In this document: piece by piece, positions 22,994 through 35,443 of the stretch
How positions within the stretch are numbered: position 1 is the stretch's first letter
How the letters are laid out: each line of letters begins with the position of its first letter
Origin: Piedraia hortae CBS 480.64
Taxonomy: Eukaryota
Reading direction: 5' to 3'
Assembly (NCBI GenBank): GCA_010093745.1
Contig: MU005958.1
Span: 558,001 to 622,000 of the forward strand
Length of the DNA stretch: 64,000 nt
Notes under the pieces: model-generated
What the model was told of the DNA's origin: nothing
Databases searched by the model: none
The model's input: only the letters and a program-made list of their open reading frames with translations
Made by a program: the position numbers and the translations under genes

Positions 22994-23778
22994 ATGTACA
23001 GCGACAAGATGGCCGGCAACGAGAGCATATCCATCACAATCTGCGGCGACGGCGGGTGTGGAAAGTCGTCGATTACGCTGCGGCTGGTGAAGAGCGAATG
23101 GAACCATGGGTAAGAGCATCTGCGACGAGCACAACATGTCTGACGCGTCAGGTACGACCCGACCATTGAAGATTCGTACGTCGTTACGCGCGCCGTCGAC
23201 GGCGTCACATATTCGCTGGCCCTGACCGATACGGCCGGCCAGGAAGAGTATCGGTCGCTCTGGTCAGGCTCCAGCCAAGACGCCGATGCCTTTTTGCTGG
23301 TGTACGACATCACGAATCCTTATTCGCTTGCTGCGCTCGAGCCCTTTGCCAACATGATCGAGGCCGAGTGTGAGGTACGCCTGCGCAACGGCGCCTTCCT
23401 GCCCATCTGCATCGTCGCAGGTAATAAGTGCGACTTGCAGTCGCAGCGTCGGGTGCCTGCGCGCGACGGCCTTGAGTGGGCCAAGCAACACGGGTACGGT
23501 TTCATGGAAACCTCTGCCCGTGAGATGGTTAATGTCGAGGAGACCTTTGCACGTACGTCTTTCGTCTCTCTTGCGCTCTGTCGCTGATGTCCTGCCTAGT
23601 CATCGTCCGCCGCGTCCGAGATTCAAGGCGAAATCCCGCCCAGGCCATGCAACCGCGGCCACCTGCCCCGGTTGGTTCGCCCTTCCTCGCGGGCCATGAG
23701 AAGCCCGCCTTGGCTGCAGATCAGGATCCGCCGCGGCAACCTAAGCGGCCCTGGTATGCACGGTTACTTTGTTGCTAA
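22994..23778 (+). CDS. Ras-family small GTPase
   Basis: G1 GDGGCGKS, effector YDPTIEDSY, DTAGQEEY, GNKCD, ETSAR and C-terminal LLCC* lipidation signal. Introns 23110-23151 and 23553-23599. The start could be the second ATG at 23009. Confidence 0.93.
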
Positions 23779-24010
23779 CTTCCAGCCTGCACTATACTGT
23801 AGATCTTATAATGTATATTTTTCACACGAAAGGGGCACATGTCTGTGCGGGATATGCTTTATCATCCTCCTTTGGGTTACGTGCCATCCGACAGAAACGT
23901 TGTGTCGACAATGGGGAAACGGTCGGCTGGCCTGAGTAGAGTCAGGTTTGTAACGTGGCTGCCATGAGATATTGTCACATACCACGCCTATTAAAAGTTG
24001 GGTAATACTT

Positions 24011-26056
24011 CTACGGCTCTGCCGTCTGCCTAAGCAAAGGAAGCAACCACTGCAGCTCAATTGCGCTCACGCAGTGGACGTACGGACGGGTTGTGAAGAC
24101 GCAAGCATTGTACATAATGGCCCCGACGTTATGTTCAAACAGGACGCTGCTGGGATGGATATGCACAACCTGATTGTTTGCAAAACTCCTGTAATTCCCA
24201 TCCGGGCCAAGTCTGGCGACGTTTACCGTGAAGCCTGCGAGGAAGCTCTTCAGAATCCGAGTAGTCAGCTCGTCTTCTGAAAGTCCCGGTTCTTCTCGGA
24301 AGAGATTTGCCCGTTGGCACTGCTCCTTGAGCTGCTTTCGCACGCGTACAACCGACTTCATGGCGCGATGAGAGACCAAATGCTCGTCTGCCCATCGACG
24401 ACGGTCTGAGTCCTCCGCCAGATATGCCTGGACTACGGCCAGCAACGTCAGATGGTCACCTTGTCGACGTGTCAGCCTCTGACGCGCTTCCCGCGCCGCT
24501 GATCTTTCCTCGTCTTCCTCGTAGTCTTCTCCATCATCGTAGCGGAAGATATTCTCCCCAGTGCTCAGACATGCCACGATATCGATGACGGACTCTGAAC
24601 ACTCTAGACGTGCCGCTTCGATAATCACCCGTGCCAGGCCCGGTGCGACGGGAAACCGAGCCATCTGCCGTCCTTCTTTTGTGATGGTCCCGTCTCTCCT
24701 ACGCAGTGCTCCCAGTCTAAGAAGGTGAATCAGACCCTTCTCAAGCGTTTCCCACACAGGGGGCGTGGGAAAGGGAAAGTCCTCGGCGTGCTCAACACCT
24801 CGTGCTTTCATAGACAACAGCGGCCCGCTGAGATCGCATCGCAAGATCTCCGGCTTCTCATTAGCATCAAGCCCATTATACCCTGCTTCAGTATACAGCC
24901 GAAAACATTGCCCCGGTGCTTCACGTCCCGCTCGACCTTTCCGTTGATCCGCCGACGACTTCGAAATAGGCTTAACAAGCAGCGAATCCAGCCCTAGCCC
25001 CTCTCGGTACTGCTTTATCTTCGCCTTTCCTGAATCGATCACATACCGCACGCCTGGTACCGTCACAGACGTTTCAGCAATGTTGGTAGAAAGTATAACC
25101 TTGCGAGTATTCGGTGGGGCTTTTTCAAATGCCTTTTGCTGTGCCCATTGTGGCAGTGCCGCGTATAAAGGTAGAACCAACATCTTGGGAAGTCCTTTAG
25201 GTAGTCCCCTTGCCTGCTTCTCTACTTGTCTCTGCAGGTTCAGAATATAATCCTGCCCCGCCATGAAAACGAGTATGTCCCCCGGCAGGGCCTCTCCGCG
25301 GTGAATCTTAAAAATCCGCTCCAGCGCAGACCCAATGATATCTCCCGTGGGCTCATTTAGATAAACCGTCGTAACCGGATGCTGACGGCCCTTGACGTTA
25401 CATATCGCGACTTTTGCTTGGCTTTTATCGTCAGAGAGGCCGTTGGAGGCCGCCTTTGGATCACTATCAGCAGTCTCCCCTCCAAAAAACCGCACCAAAG
25501 AATCCAAATCCACCGTAGCACTCATAACCACAACCTTAAGCGGTACTTTTCTATCCCCCCTCTCCGATATCTGCTTCAGAAACCCCAGTATCAAATCAGT
25601 ATTGATAGACCTCTCGTGCACCTCGTCAACAACAATACAGCTGTACTTCGACAACACCGGATCGCGCAGCATCTCCTGCAGTAGCATTCCCTCGGTAAGA
25701 TACGTGATCCTCGTCGAAGCACTAACGTTGTTATCAAATCGGATTGAATACCCCACCTTTGAGTTCGGCGAGTTTCTTCCAAGGGGGGAATGCATCTCCT
25801 CTGCAACTCGAATAGCTAGTGTAACGGCTGCGACTTGGCGTGGCTGTGTGACTGCTATCCGACCAGATTGACACCAGGGTTCGTTTAGCAGGAATTGGGG
25901 TAGTTGGGTTGATTTTCCGGAGCCGGTCGAGCCGGAGAGGAAGAGGATGTTGTGCTCGTCGAGTGCGTTGCGGATTGCGGATTGTTGGGACCAGATGGGG
26001 AGGTGTTTGCGGGATTCGGATATGTTGGGGTGAGGTTTGGATGATTTTATGAGCAT
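24011..26056 (-). CDS. DHR2: DEAH-box RNA helicase, Dhr2/Prh1/DHX33-like
   Basis: GSTGSGKST, TQPRQVAA, DEVHER, MSAT, STNIAETSVT, QRKGRAGR, then HA2 and OB regions; short N-terminus. Confidence 0.88.
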   Translation of the reverse strand: MLIKSSKPHPNISESRKHLPIWSQQSAIRNALDEHNILFLSGSTGSGKSTQLPQFLLNEPWCQSGRIAVTQPRQVAAVTLAIRVAEEMHSPLGRNSPNSKVGYSIRFDNNVSASTRITYLTEGMLLQEMLRDPVLSKYSCIVVDEVHERSINTDLILGFLKQISERGDRKVPLKVVVMSATVDLDSLVRFFGGETADSDPKAASNGLSDDKSQAKVAICNVKGRQHPVTTVYLNEPTGDIIGSALERIFKIHRGEALPGDILVFMAGQDYILNLQRQVEKQARGLPKGLPKMLVLPLYAALPQWAQQKAFEKAPPNTRKVILSTNIAETSVTVPGVRYVIDSGKAKIKQYREGLGLDSLLVKPISKSSADQRKGRAGREAPGQCFRLYTEAGYNGLDANEKPEILRCDLSGPLLSMKARGVEHAEDFPFPTPPVWETLEKGLIHLLRLGALRRRDGTITKEGRQMARFPVAPGLARVIIEAARLECSESVIDIVACLSTGENIFRYDDGEDYEEDEERSAAREARQRLTRRQGDHLTLLAVVQAYLAEDSDRRRWADEHLVSHRAMKSVVRVRKQLKEQCQRANLFREEPGLSEDELTTRILKSFLAGFTVNVARLGPDGNYRSFANNQVVHIHPSSVLFEHNVGAIMYNACVFTTRPYVHCVSAIELQWLLPLLRQTAEP

Positions 26057-26529
26057 AGTGCGGAGAGATTGTTGGACTGAGTGTAGGAGGATGGTTGTCG
26101 GTTTTGAATAGTCTTTTGCAGGTGCGATGGGTTTGGTCTAGTGTTGATTTGGTAAAATGGTGAGGGAGGCTTTTGAAGAGGCGATATATGTGTGTGTGCG
26201 AGAAGTCGAGGGTCATCCGAGTGGAACGGGACCGGCTATTCCTCGGCGTCGCATTCAACGGCCGCCAAGTGCGTGGACCCTGTTGTGGCATGTAACTGAA
26301 AATTTGCAACAAGGGGTACAAAGTTCATGAAACGCCGCAAAGGGCGTGGTTTAAGTGGGCTATGTCAGATAGGCAGATGCGCACCTCCGTAGATGTTGAC
26401 AGAGGATACCACATCCGAACTTCTAACTTCTAATCTCAATCCCAATTTCAATACATTAACGCACAATCCATCCCAACATGATATTGTACATATTCAACCA
26501 AAACACCAAACATCCACCCAAAAGGAATG

Positions 26530-29279
26530 TCATTTCATCCTCATGAACCCCTGCGTATTCATTTGTCCCGGCTCATGTCCATTTTCGTGAACGCTATTCA
26601 GTGTAGGATACCGCTGCAACATCTGCTGTTCACGCTCGATTGTCCTCTGCAAGGCCATGAAATCGTCAAAACTAAAGCTGTGGTGGCGGCCCTGAGGGTG
26701 TAGTCCTACCGGGGACTGCTGCGAGTGGACTGCTGTCCCTCCATCGGGAAACCTGCGGTCGTCGAAAGAGGGACTGTGGTTTTGCGGGGCGATCTGGTGT
26801 GGGAGGATGTTTTCGTGGAGGCTGGGTCTGTGCTGCTGCTGTTGTTGTTTTGGTTGGAATACTTGATGGTGGGGATTGGGGAGTTGGGAGAACTCGCCGA
26901 AGCTGTGTCTTTCCCTGAAGTTGTTTTGTTGCTGGGAGTGTTGAGGGAACTGATGCTGAGATGGTAGAGGATACTGATTGTATTGCTGTTCTTGCGGGGA
27001 AAAAGATTGTCGATGTGGCGAGACATTTGATGGTTGGTGGATCGGCTGCTGCTGCTGCTGCTGCTGCTGCGGTGCCAAGTCTACGCTCGCAGGCTCGATG
27101 CTGTTGAGCGGATCGCCGTCAATGCCGTTGAGCATGGCGAGTGGATTGTTGTCCTCTGGGAAATGTTTGCCCATGATAGTCTATGTCGTATGTTAGCATG
27201 AATTGCTTTCAAGGTTGATGAAATACTGACCCAATCGATCCCGTCCAGATCGACCTGCAACATGTTGACATCCTCCTGCTGCGGTGGCATCGACGGTACC
27301 GCCATTGGCATCAACATATCTTCCATCGGCCATAGAAAATCCGGCAGCGGGAGCTGTTCCACCTCAGGATTGTCCTTCGGTTCCTCTTTCATCACCCCCT
27401 CCTTTTTCTGCGGCTCATTATGGTCCCTCACATAACTCAGATTCCTCCCTCCCAGTTTCTTCTCAAGCGTAATCTCACTTCTCACACCACGAACCTGCAA
27501 GTAATACCCTACACGATCTCTCAGATCCATAATCGCCGTTGCCGCTTTCTCTCTCGGCGTCAGTTCAGGATCTACCTCTAGAATGAAATCAAGACATCGC
27601 CAAATCCTCTTTGCATCTGGTCTTTCGGGATGTGCATACACCTCGACCATGAGCAGCAACGCGGTATGGTACTGGTTGAAGGCACCCTTGTACCATTTCC
27701 ACGGCTCCAGCGCGGGATCCGTCTCCAATGCAATGGCATGTTCCATTTGCGTTAGCGACGATTCGATCAGCATCTTCCTCAGCTTTGCGGGCATCTTGGT
27801 GCTATACAGATACCGGTGAAGAACGTTGATAAAGCAACCCTGTACACCCAGAGTTAGGATATGACGGGCTAGAGCCTGGATAGGTACGCTCTGCTCTAGA
27901 ATAGGAAGATATGTTGAAGTTAATCTCTTCCATGCCTCCTGAATTTTCACAAGAACCGTGGTAAGGCTTTTTTGCTTGCGATCGAGCGACACAATGTCGA
28001 ACCACAGCTCTCGTCGAAGAGCGATGCATTCGCTGCGGATTCGGATAAGGGTTGCATCGGTCCAGACATGCTTGTCGCGGGGTGGGACAAGTGAGGTGAG
28101 ATCCTCATCGTTCATATTCAAAGGGAATTTGGTATCGTAGTCATCCGGGCGGATTTGGGGGCGAGGCCCCGTCGCCTCGCAGGTGCGCATATCCAGGAAG
28201 CAAAGCTGATGCCAGATAAGTCGGCGGACATGGGTTTCGACTGCAGGAAGGCCATACTGCGTTCCGTCTCGGTGCAGCCCCATGCATTCTGCCAGGCGGA
28301 TGGCACTGCCTACGAGGGCAGAGTGCGCGCGGGAGACTTCTGCGCGGACAAGCGGGATAAGATACATGACAAACGCCTGCATCACTTCTACACGAGTTGT
28401 GCGGAGGAAGTTGGCTTTGGAAAGGGCGAATTCCGTTGCTCCTCGAAGGCGGTGAATCAAAAGCGTGCGGGTGTCGCCCGTCATGCGCAAGACGTCGGCA
28501 TCGGTCATGCTGACCACAGCAGAGAACAAGACGGCACAGAGAGTCGCCGCTGCCCCAGTGCCAGAGTCAAGCTTCTGCCATGTCTCCTCGTACTGTGCTT
28601 CGAAACTTGGCCGGTGCAGACACCGACACATATGGTGCACAGCATGAAAATACTGAGCTACCAGTTGATCACAGACATCTTTCTCAGGCACTACATCTCG
28701 TAGTGACAGATCCGCACCGGCGAAAAAGAAGCCCGAGGAGGGGGCAATATATTCCGGGCCGGGGCCAATGTAACTCTTGGGATTATCCATCCGTGGTTTT
28801 GCAGAGCGTCGGAACCCTTCTCCAAGGATATCTCGAAGCGAATCGTTGAATTCTTCAACGAGTTTAGGCCGAATCCATCCGCCTACGCGTTCTGTGATCC
28901 TCATCTTCCCCATTTGCACCCCAAGGTCCATAATCTCATCATCTCCGCTGTTGGTATAAACATTGTCCAGCGCTGCCAGAGGCGTGGGCTCCAGATTTTC
29001 TTCTTCAGTAGAGCGTTCATCATCAGTTGCCACGACAGCGCCTACGGCTCTAGAAACGAATTCACTCTCCATTTCCCTCGCCCGTTCTTTGTAATCGGTC
29101 AGCTTTTGCTGACTCTGAACGTCTAAAGCCGGGGGAATGTACACGCATTTCCGCTTCTCATCCTTGGAGCAGTTTAGGCATGAAGGCGTTCCCTTATCGC
29201 ATCTCAGCTTGCGTCTTCGACACTCCATGCAACACCCAATGTTGCGGTTTCTTCGTCGAATTTTGCTTGGTTCTGCCAT
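26530..29279 (-). CDS. Zn(II)2Cys6 transcription factor with fungal-specific middle homology domain and Q/H-rich tail
   Basis: CMECRRRKLRCDKGTPSCLNC..C; AIRLAECMGLHRDG..RRLIWHQLCFLD. An intron at about 27229-27181 (GTCAGT..GCTAAC..TAG) joins a polyQ C-terminal exon. Confidence 0.9.
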
Positions 29280-31316
29280 ATTGCATTATTCGATTAGCTG
29301 TGCACTGCGCCCTCGGGTACCATTTATCCAGCCTGATGCTCTTGGGAGCTGTTTTGAGCTTACTCTAACTGTCTTAGCGTTGCTGCTAATGCCGAGGTAT
29401 GTGGGGGCGGGCCGCCCCGATTGGACGATATCATCTTCTGGAAGATTTACGTAGGGCTGGAAACAACCAACCTGGAAAGTTCCATTTCTTTCCCTGGGTT
29501 TGACTGACACGTCCGCTGGTGATGATGGTAATGGATGAAGGACACACTACTCATATGATGACAACAATTCACCACTCATTCAACCACGACCTGGCACATC
29601 ATGTGTACTGCATATGCCCCGAACTTTTCTGAGCCGTGGAAAAGCAATTGATTCCGAATTGCTCCACCTCCGACTGCCACAAAGCCAAACTGGATTTCGT
29701 AGGATTTCATGATTGACAATCAAAGGGTCTTATTAGTAGCGACGATCCTGATCGATCGCCTAATTTGGGCCTTTTTGCTCGTATCAGAAGGATTCCATTG
29801 GCATTGATCCGTTAAGTCATTGCAAACCCTCCTGAACCGCCTGCTTGATCCAATGAATTCACCATTCACCCAACGGTCCACAGCCGGGTTGTTATATAGT
29901 CGGCAGATCCCGACCGAGGGCTGCTGATGGATTAGAAATGTGACCGGGGTAAGGTTAATTGCTGCACCCCGAATGATTTCCGCATACGAGGCTGGATCTT
30001 TCCCATTCGTCATCAACAAGATCCTCATTTTCTTTCATTGTTCCTATTTCATCGGCTACCAATGGATGTTGGACGATATGCTTGCCTATCATCTCCCATC
30101 TAGTCGCTAGCCCTCCAAGATTCAGTTCAAGGTGGAGAGAGCATTTTCAACTTCTCACAGCTAGATGATCTGACCAACATGCCTTCACTTCCAACGGTAT
30201 GGCAAGTCCATCGAGTTTATGTCAATGTTTACGAAACCTTCAATCTCCGAAATCCAGTTATCATCGAACATTCACTAGGCACGATCGACTAGTTCATAGT
30301 GCTGCCATGCCCGCACGGGGTGGCGAGACAGACAACACTTAGATTCTAGTTCTTTGCTGCCCACTGACCGTATGCACACGTATTCTTCAGCCGTGGTTGA
30401 GGGCAAGTATGTATGGAACGTCTGTCGTTCAGGATTGGGCATCATGCATTAGGTCTCGCGCTGAGACGGATGGAGTGTCCACTGGTGAACACCTTTCATC
30501 AACCTGGAGAAATTCACAATATCGGGTTCACAGTGTGAATACGGTGGTAAAAAGCTTCCCGGTTCAGTGTGGTCTGTCTTTAATTTATCTGGTGACGAAG
30601 TCGTCCGGTCACTCGAAGCCTGCAGATACGGACAATGCATGGTGGGGTAAATCTACAGCTTGAAGCCGCGCCACGAAGTTGACCCCAATGTCCTTGTGTT
30701 GCCGAATGCCATATCATGCAGACAGCATCTTTTCCATGATCAAGACTCGGATGATGGCCTTCGTGTGAAGCTTCATCTTATCTGGCTGTTTTCTCCCTAA
30801 ATGTTGCTGAAACCTACTAGTGTTTATCACGTGCCTGTGTGGGAGGAGGTCTGCCAAGCTGCTAAGGGGGTGGGCCGCACATTGTGTGGAATTTAGGAGC
30901 GAGTCAACACATTCTCTTCATCAATCTCGCTCTAATCTTCATCTTCACCTTTCCGTTTCAATGCTCTTCATTCTTTAGGTCTTCCTGAAAACAATCAGAG
31001 TGCTGTCCTATCTTTCCTCCTGTGGCCGCCACAGAGCCGACAGTTACCAATGGATCCACCTCTGGATGGAATCGAATACAGCTAGTCAAGAATTCTCTGT
31101 TCGCGGAAATCGGGGTCACTTCCCACACCCGCTTATCTATGAGATTTGAAGGTATTGGGGTTGGGTTGTAGCTAGCCTCGTAAGCTATGAACTACCTTAT
31201 GGTATGCATGAGTGCCTCGAGGACGGCAAAAACCGGGCTGACTGTTTAGTGATAGATTTGCTGGAACAGGGCGCGTTCGATTGACCTCTTTATATCTCCG
31301 TGTCGACCTTTGTTGC

Positions 31317-31732
31317 GGAACTGGCGAGACCGGGTGTGGAAAATCCACGCAACTTCTCTAGCTCCTGTTGGATGAGACACGGTCGCAATCCATTGCTATC
31401 GTGCAATCCCGCCAAACGACGGTCACGCTGTCACTGCGCATTGGGAGACAACTACACACCCCGATGGCAAGGAAATCGCCCTCCTCAAAAAGTTGGTTAT
31501 ATCACCACTTTGATCACGATGTCAGCCCGGACACGAAAGTAACTTTGTTCATTGGAGAGATGCTCCTTCAGGAGCTGCTGCAGGACGCAACCCTCTTGGC
31601 ATACGGCTGTCTCATCATCGATGAGATGCTCGAGCAAACAGCTGGTGCCGACACTCTCTTGAGCGCAGTTGGAAAATGCGGCAGCCGGAATACGAAGAAC
31701 CTATGAAGATAGTCGTCGTGAGCGCTATGGTG
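31317..31732 (+). pseudogene. Decayed N-terminal fragment of a DEAH-box helicase (DHR2-like copy)
   Basis: GETGCGKSTQLL*LLL..IAIVQSRQ..ARKSPSSK(VGY)..EMLLQELLQDATLLAYGCLIIDEM..KIVVVSA is collinear with the DHR2 N-terminus in this window; in-frame TAG at 31359 and frameshifts. Confidence 0.8.
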
Positions 31733-32134
31733 GTAGCCCATGGACAGGGATTGATGTGTGACATCATCTGATATGGGACCTTTCCAAGAGAGAAGCCTGA
31801 GAAATGAGTTATTTCAAGCGATTTTTGTATAGTAGAAAAAAGTTGTCGTTGCCGCTATTGTACATGAAGAGTCTCAAGCTTCACGATTTGCAATGTTTAC
31901 CATCTCCTATCAGCTGCAATCCAGATCTGCATCTCATATTGTCTTGAGCATAGTGTCAGCGTGGCGAATACACGCCTAGTTGAAGGATGTGTCACGTGAT
32001 GATTTTGAACAACGTCCCCTTGTGTATGCAGTATAGATCAACTATACAAATATTTACATCTCAGTGTACTTACACTATCAGTTCGTCCCCTTTAACTCAC
32101 CACCATTCTAGCTATACACAACAAACATTATCCT

Positions 32135-34480
32135 CTAATGAACCCCCCACCTCCCAACCTCACGCATAGCTTCCTCCCCACCTCCAATTAATTCCGGCTT
32201 ATCTAACACACCCGCAACACAAGCCCACCCGTCCCTCGCACCACCAAATCTCAACACCTCATCCCTAAACCTCCTCCCTTCCTTCTCCCCAATCGGATTC
32301 CCCGCAAAAACATCCCTCCACACCTTCCCCGCAATCGCCCTATCAAAAAGATAACTATAATAACAAGCCCCATACCCATACAAATGTCCAAACATTCCCT
32401 GCCAGCTCGTCTCTTTCGGCTCTCGAAGCGACGAAAACTCGTCCCACGTATCATGATACACCGCGGAGCTGGCGAAGCGTCCCTCCTCCCATCCCCACCC
32501 CATAGCCCTCTCCGAATGTAACCTCTGATCCAACACAGCCATCAAAACCTGACTCTCCACCTCCCACACATTAACCTTATCCCCCCTAATCCTCTCCACA
32601 TCCAAAGCCTCATCCGTCTGATAATGTCTCGCAAAAAGCCCCAACACAGTCGGATCCGTGGCGAACCGTTCCATCAGAACAGAAGGCAACTCCGCGAAAT
32701 CCGTCGCGCAGCGCGTCCCACTAACATTATGAAGTGCCGTCCGCCCGCAGAAACTATGCATTGCGTGGCCCATTTCGTGGAAGAGGGTCTTCACCTCCGA
32801 AGGAGATAAAAGCGTCGGTTCGCCTGGTGTGAAATCGCAGATTAGAGAGATGGTGGGGAGTTGGTAGACATCCCCGTTGGGGAGAGTAGAGGTTGGGAGG
32901 CCGTCGTTCAGTGGTTCTGCAACACCATCCGTTAGGGTCGCTTCGTCTGATGCACCCGCTGCGTCCACTCCGCCCTCTTGGCTTGCGTTCTGTCTTGCGC
33001 TCGCTCCGCCCGCCTCCCTCACCTCCCCCCCCGAAATCCTCCTCGAACACCTAATCGTAAAATGCGACGGATTCGGCGCCTTCCCCTTTCTATCAAACAA
33101 ATCACAATACAACACGCCCACACACCCCTCCTTTGAATCAACCACATCAAGCCTCCTAACATCACCATTCCAAACCTCCCCGTGCAGCGTCTCTCTCGGA
33201 ACGAGCCTGATCCCATATAGCCTGCGAAACAATCTACTTAACCCCTGCATCACCGTCCCAAGGGAGAAGTATGCTGACAACGTCTCCGCCCCACGAGTCT
33301 TGGAGCGTTGGGTGAGTCGGTGTTGGGTTAGGTAGTAGTCCCTATCCCATGCGTTGAGCGGGCTTCCTTTTATGAATTGTAGGGTTTCGAGGTTGGATGC
33401 TACGCGGGGTTTGTTATCCGATGCTAACGCGTCGAGGAACGCGAGGACCGCTTCAGGCGTCTTGGCCATTTTATCCCCCAGCGTCATGTGCGCGAAGCTT
33501 TCGTAGCCGGAGAGGCTGGCTAGTTGGGCGCGGAGAGAGAGAAGGGATTCGAGTTGCGACAGGCTAAGTTGGGAGGAGGTGCGGTTTGCAATGTAGATTT
33601 CCTTACGGATGGATGGGTCGGAGACGGTGCTGAGGGCCATGTGTGCGGGACTGCCGGTCGTGGGGAGGTGGACGGTTCCGAGGCGTGAGGACCAGTGTTT
33701 GATGAAGCGCGGGTCCATGCCTTTTAAGCTGCTGCGGGGGAGGGAGAGGGTAGGTTTTTCGGGGGAGAGGGTGGACGTGAATGAGGTGCCGATGTTGACA
33801 ATTTCGTTGGAGAGGTCAACGAAGGATTGACGGTGAGAGGAGGGAAGGTTGATGGCGGATTTGGCAAAGTCTTTTTCCAGGATGGAGGCTACGGTTCGTT
33901 CTTCTTCGGTCCAGTTGGTATATATTTTGGGGGTGTTGATTGCTTTTTTGACTTGGATGTAAAGTCCGGGGGTTGTGTTGAGGACGTTCATGTACTCGTA
34001 GACGGAGGAGAAGGCTTCGGTGGCGGCTTTTTGGATGCGTGGATCGGGATGGACGGATCGGACAAAGTCGCAGAGGTCGATGACTCTGCACATGAGATCG
34101 CTTAGGCGATCGAGGTCCTGGGACACTTGTTTGAGTTGGTCGACTGTTTGGTATGATAGGACGGTGAACACGATCTTGTGGCATTTTTGTAAAGTTACGT
34201 CGGAGAACCGTTGAAATCCTCCGGGGGACGTGAGATAGAAGTTGCGGAAGAGACCACTGCTGCCTTTTGATCGGGAAGAGAACTCTTTCCAAAAACCGGG
34301 AGAGTCGAAGAGGAGGCGCAGGTCGCGGTCATCTTGGTGTAGACTTGAAGGGGTATGGTCGACAGGGTAATTCTTGAAAGCGACGGCGGATTCTCTGATC
34401 AGTGGAGAGGAGCTTATTGACCGTCTAGCTAGGTCCCCTAGATATATCCGCCGCCTGCCTAGACACACCCGCCGCAGCAT
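32135..34480 (-). CDS. OCT1: Mitochondrial intermediate peptidase (peptidase M3)
   Basis: Arg-rich presequence, LDRLSDLMCRVIDLCDFVR, YMNVLNTT, zinc motif TLFHEMGHAMHS, TRCATDFAELPS, FGHLYGYGACYYSY. Confidence 0.96.
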   Translation of the reverse strand: MLRRVCLGRRRIYLGDLARRSISSSPLIRESAVAFKNYPVDHTPSSLHQDDRDLRLLFDSPGFWKEFSSRSKGSSGLFRNFYLTSPGGFQRFSDVTLQKCHKIVFTVLSYQTVDQLKQVSQDLDRLSDLMCRVIDLCDFVRSVHPDPRIQKAATEAFSSVYEYMNVLNTTPGLYIQVKKAINTPKIYTNWTEEERTVASILEKDFAKSAINLPSSHRQSFVDLSNEIVNIGTSFTSTLSPEKPTLSLPRSSLKGMDPRFIKHWSSRLGTVHLPTTGSPAHMALSTVSDPSIRKEIYIANRTSSQLSLSQLESLLSLRAQLASLSGYESFAHMTLGDKMAKTPEAVLAFLDALASDNKPRVASNLETLQFIKGSPLNAWDRDYYLTQHRLTQRSKTRGAETLSAYFSLGTVMQGLSRLFRRLYGIRLVPRETLHGEVWNGDVRRLDVVDSKEGCVGVLYCDLFDRKGKAPNPSHFTIRCSRRISGGEVREAGGASARQNASQEGGVDAAGASDEATLTDGVAEPLNDGLPTSTLPNGDVYQLPTISLICDFTPGEPTLLSPSEVKTLFHEMGHAMHSFCGRTALHNVSGTRCATDFAELPSVLMERFATDPTVLGLFARHYQTDEALDVERIRGDKVNVWEVESQVLMAVLDQRLHSERAMGWGWEEGRFASSAVYHDTWDEFSSLREPKETSWQGMFGHLYGYGACYYSYLFDRAIAGKVWRDVFAGNPIGEKEGRRFRDEVLRFGGARDGWACVAGVLDKPELIGGGEEAMREVGRWGVH

Positions 34481-34628
34481 TGTGGTGTGTGTGACATGAA
34501 ATGACGCCGGAAAGATTCCGCTTCGGGGGCGCGCAAATCACCGACGGCCGCAACACGGAGTTATGGCATTTCAAGCGCTGCGACCGGTACGTCCCTCGGA
34601 AGAGTTGTATTCTCGGCTGACTCGATAG

Positions 34629-35398
34629 ATGGCGCCGTTGATGGCCGGCTTCGCGATGTTGCCGCGGGTCACACAAGCGGAGGAGCCGTACTCCGATCCG
34701 TTGCGGCGGCTGGTGAGTGTCTGCAGAGCGTCGCGGACGGGACTGACAGCTGCCAGCGCGAGCGCAAGCCCATCTACGGTCCCAAGGAGGAACCCACCGT
34801 GTCTCAAATTACGGCCACGACGCCGCCGCCGGCCTCGGGCGTTACCGAAACGCCGCAGACTGAGGAACAAAAGCTGAAGTCGAAGCCGACACCGACGGAC
34901 CGTCTTGCGGCGGAAATTCGACGCGGCCGTCTGATGCTCCACGGCGCCGCAGTCAAAGCAGAGGACGGGGTCAACAATGCCATGGACCGCTTCATGTCGG
35001 CCGAACAGTCATTTACTTCGACCATAGTCTCCCTTGCGCCGCCTAAGGAGAGCAACGAGCGCCTCATGCCGGGCGGAATCTATGTATTGGTGGCAACAAT
35101 GGCAGGCAGCATCCTGGCGCGGAACCGCAACATTCTCTTCCGCTTCGTCACGCCAATCATAACGGGAGTTACGGCCGCCCACTATGTCGTGCCGCGGACC
35201 ACACAGAACGTAGAGAACCTCATCTGGCGCTGGGAGGAGCGATACCCCGTCATCCGCGACAACCATCTGCGCGCCAGCAATGGCATACGGCATTTCATAG
35301 AAACAGGCAAGGCGCACAGCCAAATGGGGCTTGCCATGGCCGAGGAGAAGGCGGGTGACATAAAAGGAGCCATAGAGGGCTGGGCGAAGAGGAAGTAG
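34629..35398 (+). CDS. MIC26: MICOS subunit Mic26/Mic27 (apolipoprotein O family)
   Basis: Intron 34713-34756; RKPIY, PTPTDRLAAEIRRGRL, EQSFTSTIVSLAPPKESNERLMPGGIYVLVATMAGSILARNRNILFR. Confidence 0.88.
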
Positions 35399-35443
35399 TC
35401 TATATCATCCCACACGTACATTGTAACATCAACGAGCTGTTCG

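Noticed and set aside
26297..26305. RRPE-like TGAAAATTT upstream of DHR2
   Set aside because: A single short AT-rich match that also occurs in an unrelated intron (3963); plausible but not distinguishable from chance.
12152..29279. Methyltransferase, thioesterase and Zn2Cys6 factors as a secondary-metabolite cluster
   Set aside because: There is no PKS, NRPS, terpene or RiPP backbone gene, and the genes are interspersed with core housekeeping genes.
29500..31250. Short ORFs in the gene-poor pocket upstream of the large Zn2Cys6 gene
   Set aside because: No recognisable motifs or consistent splice pattern; probably promoter plus unassignable decayed sequence.
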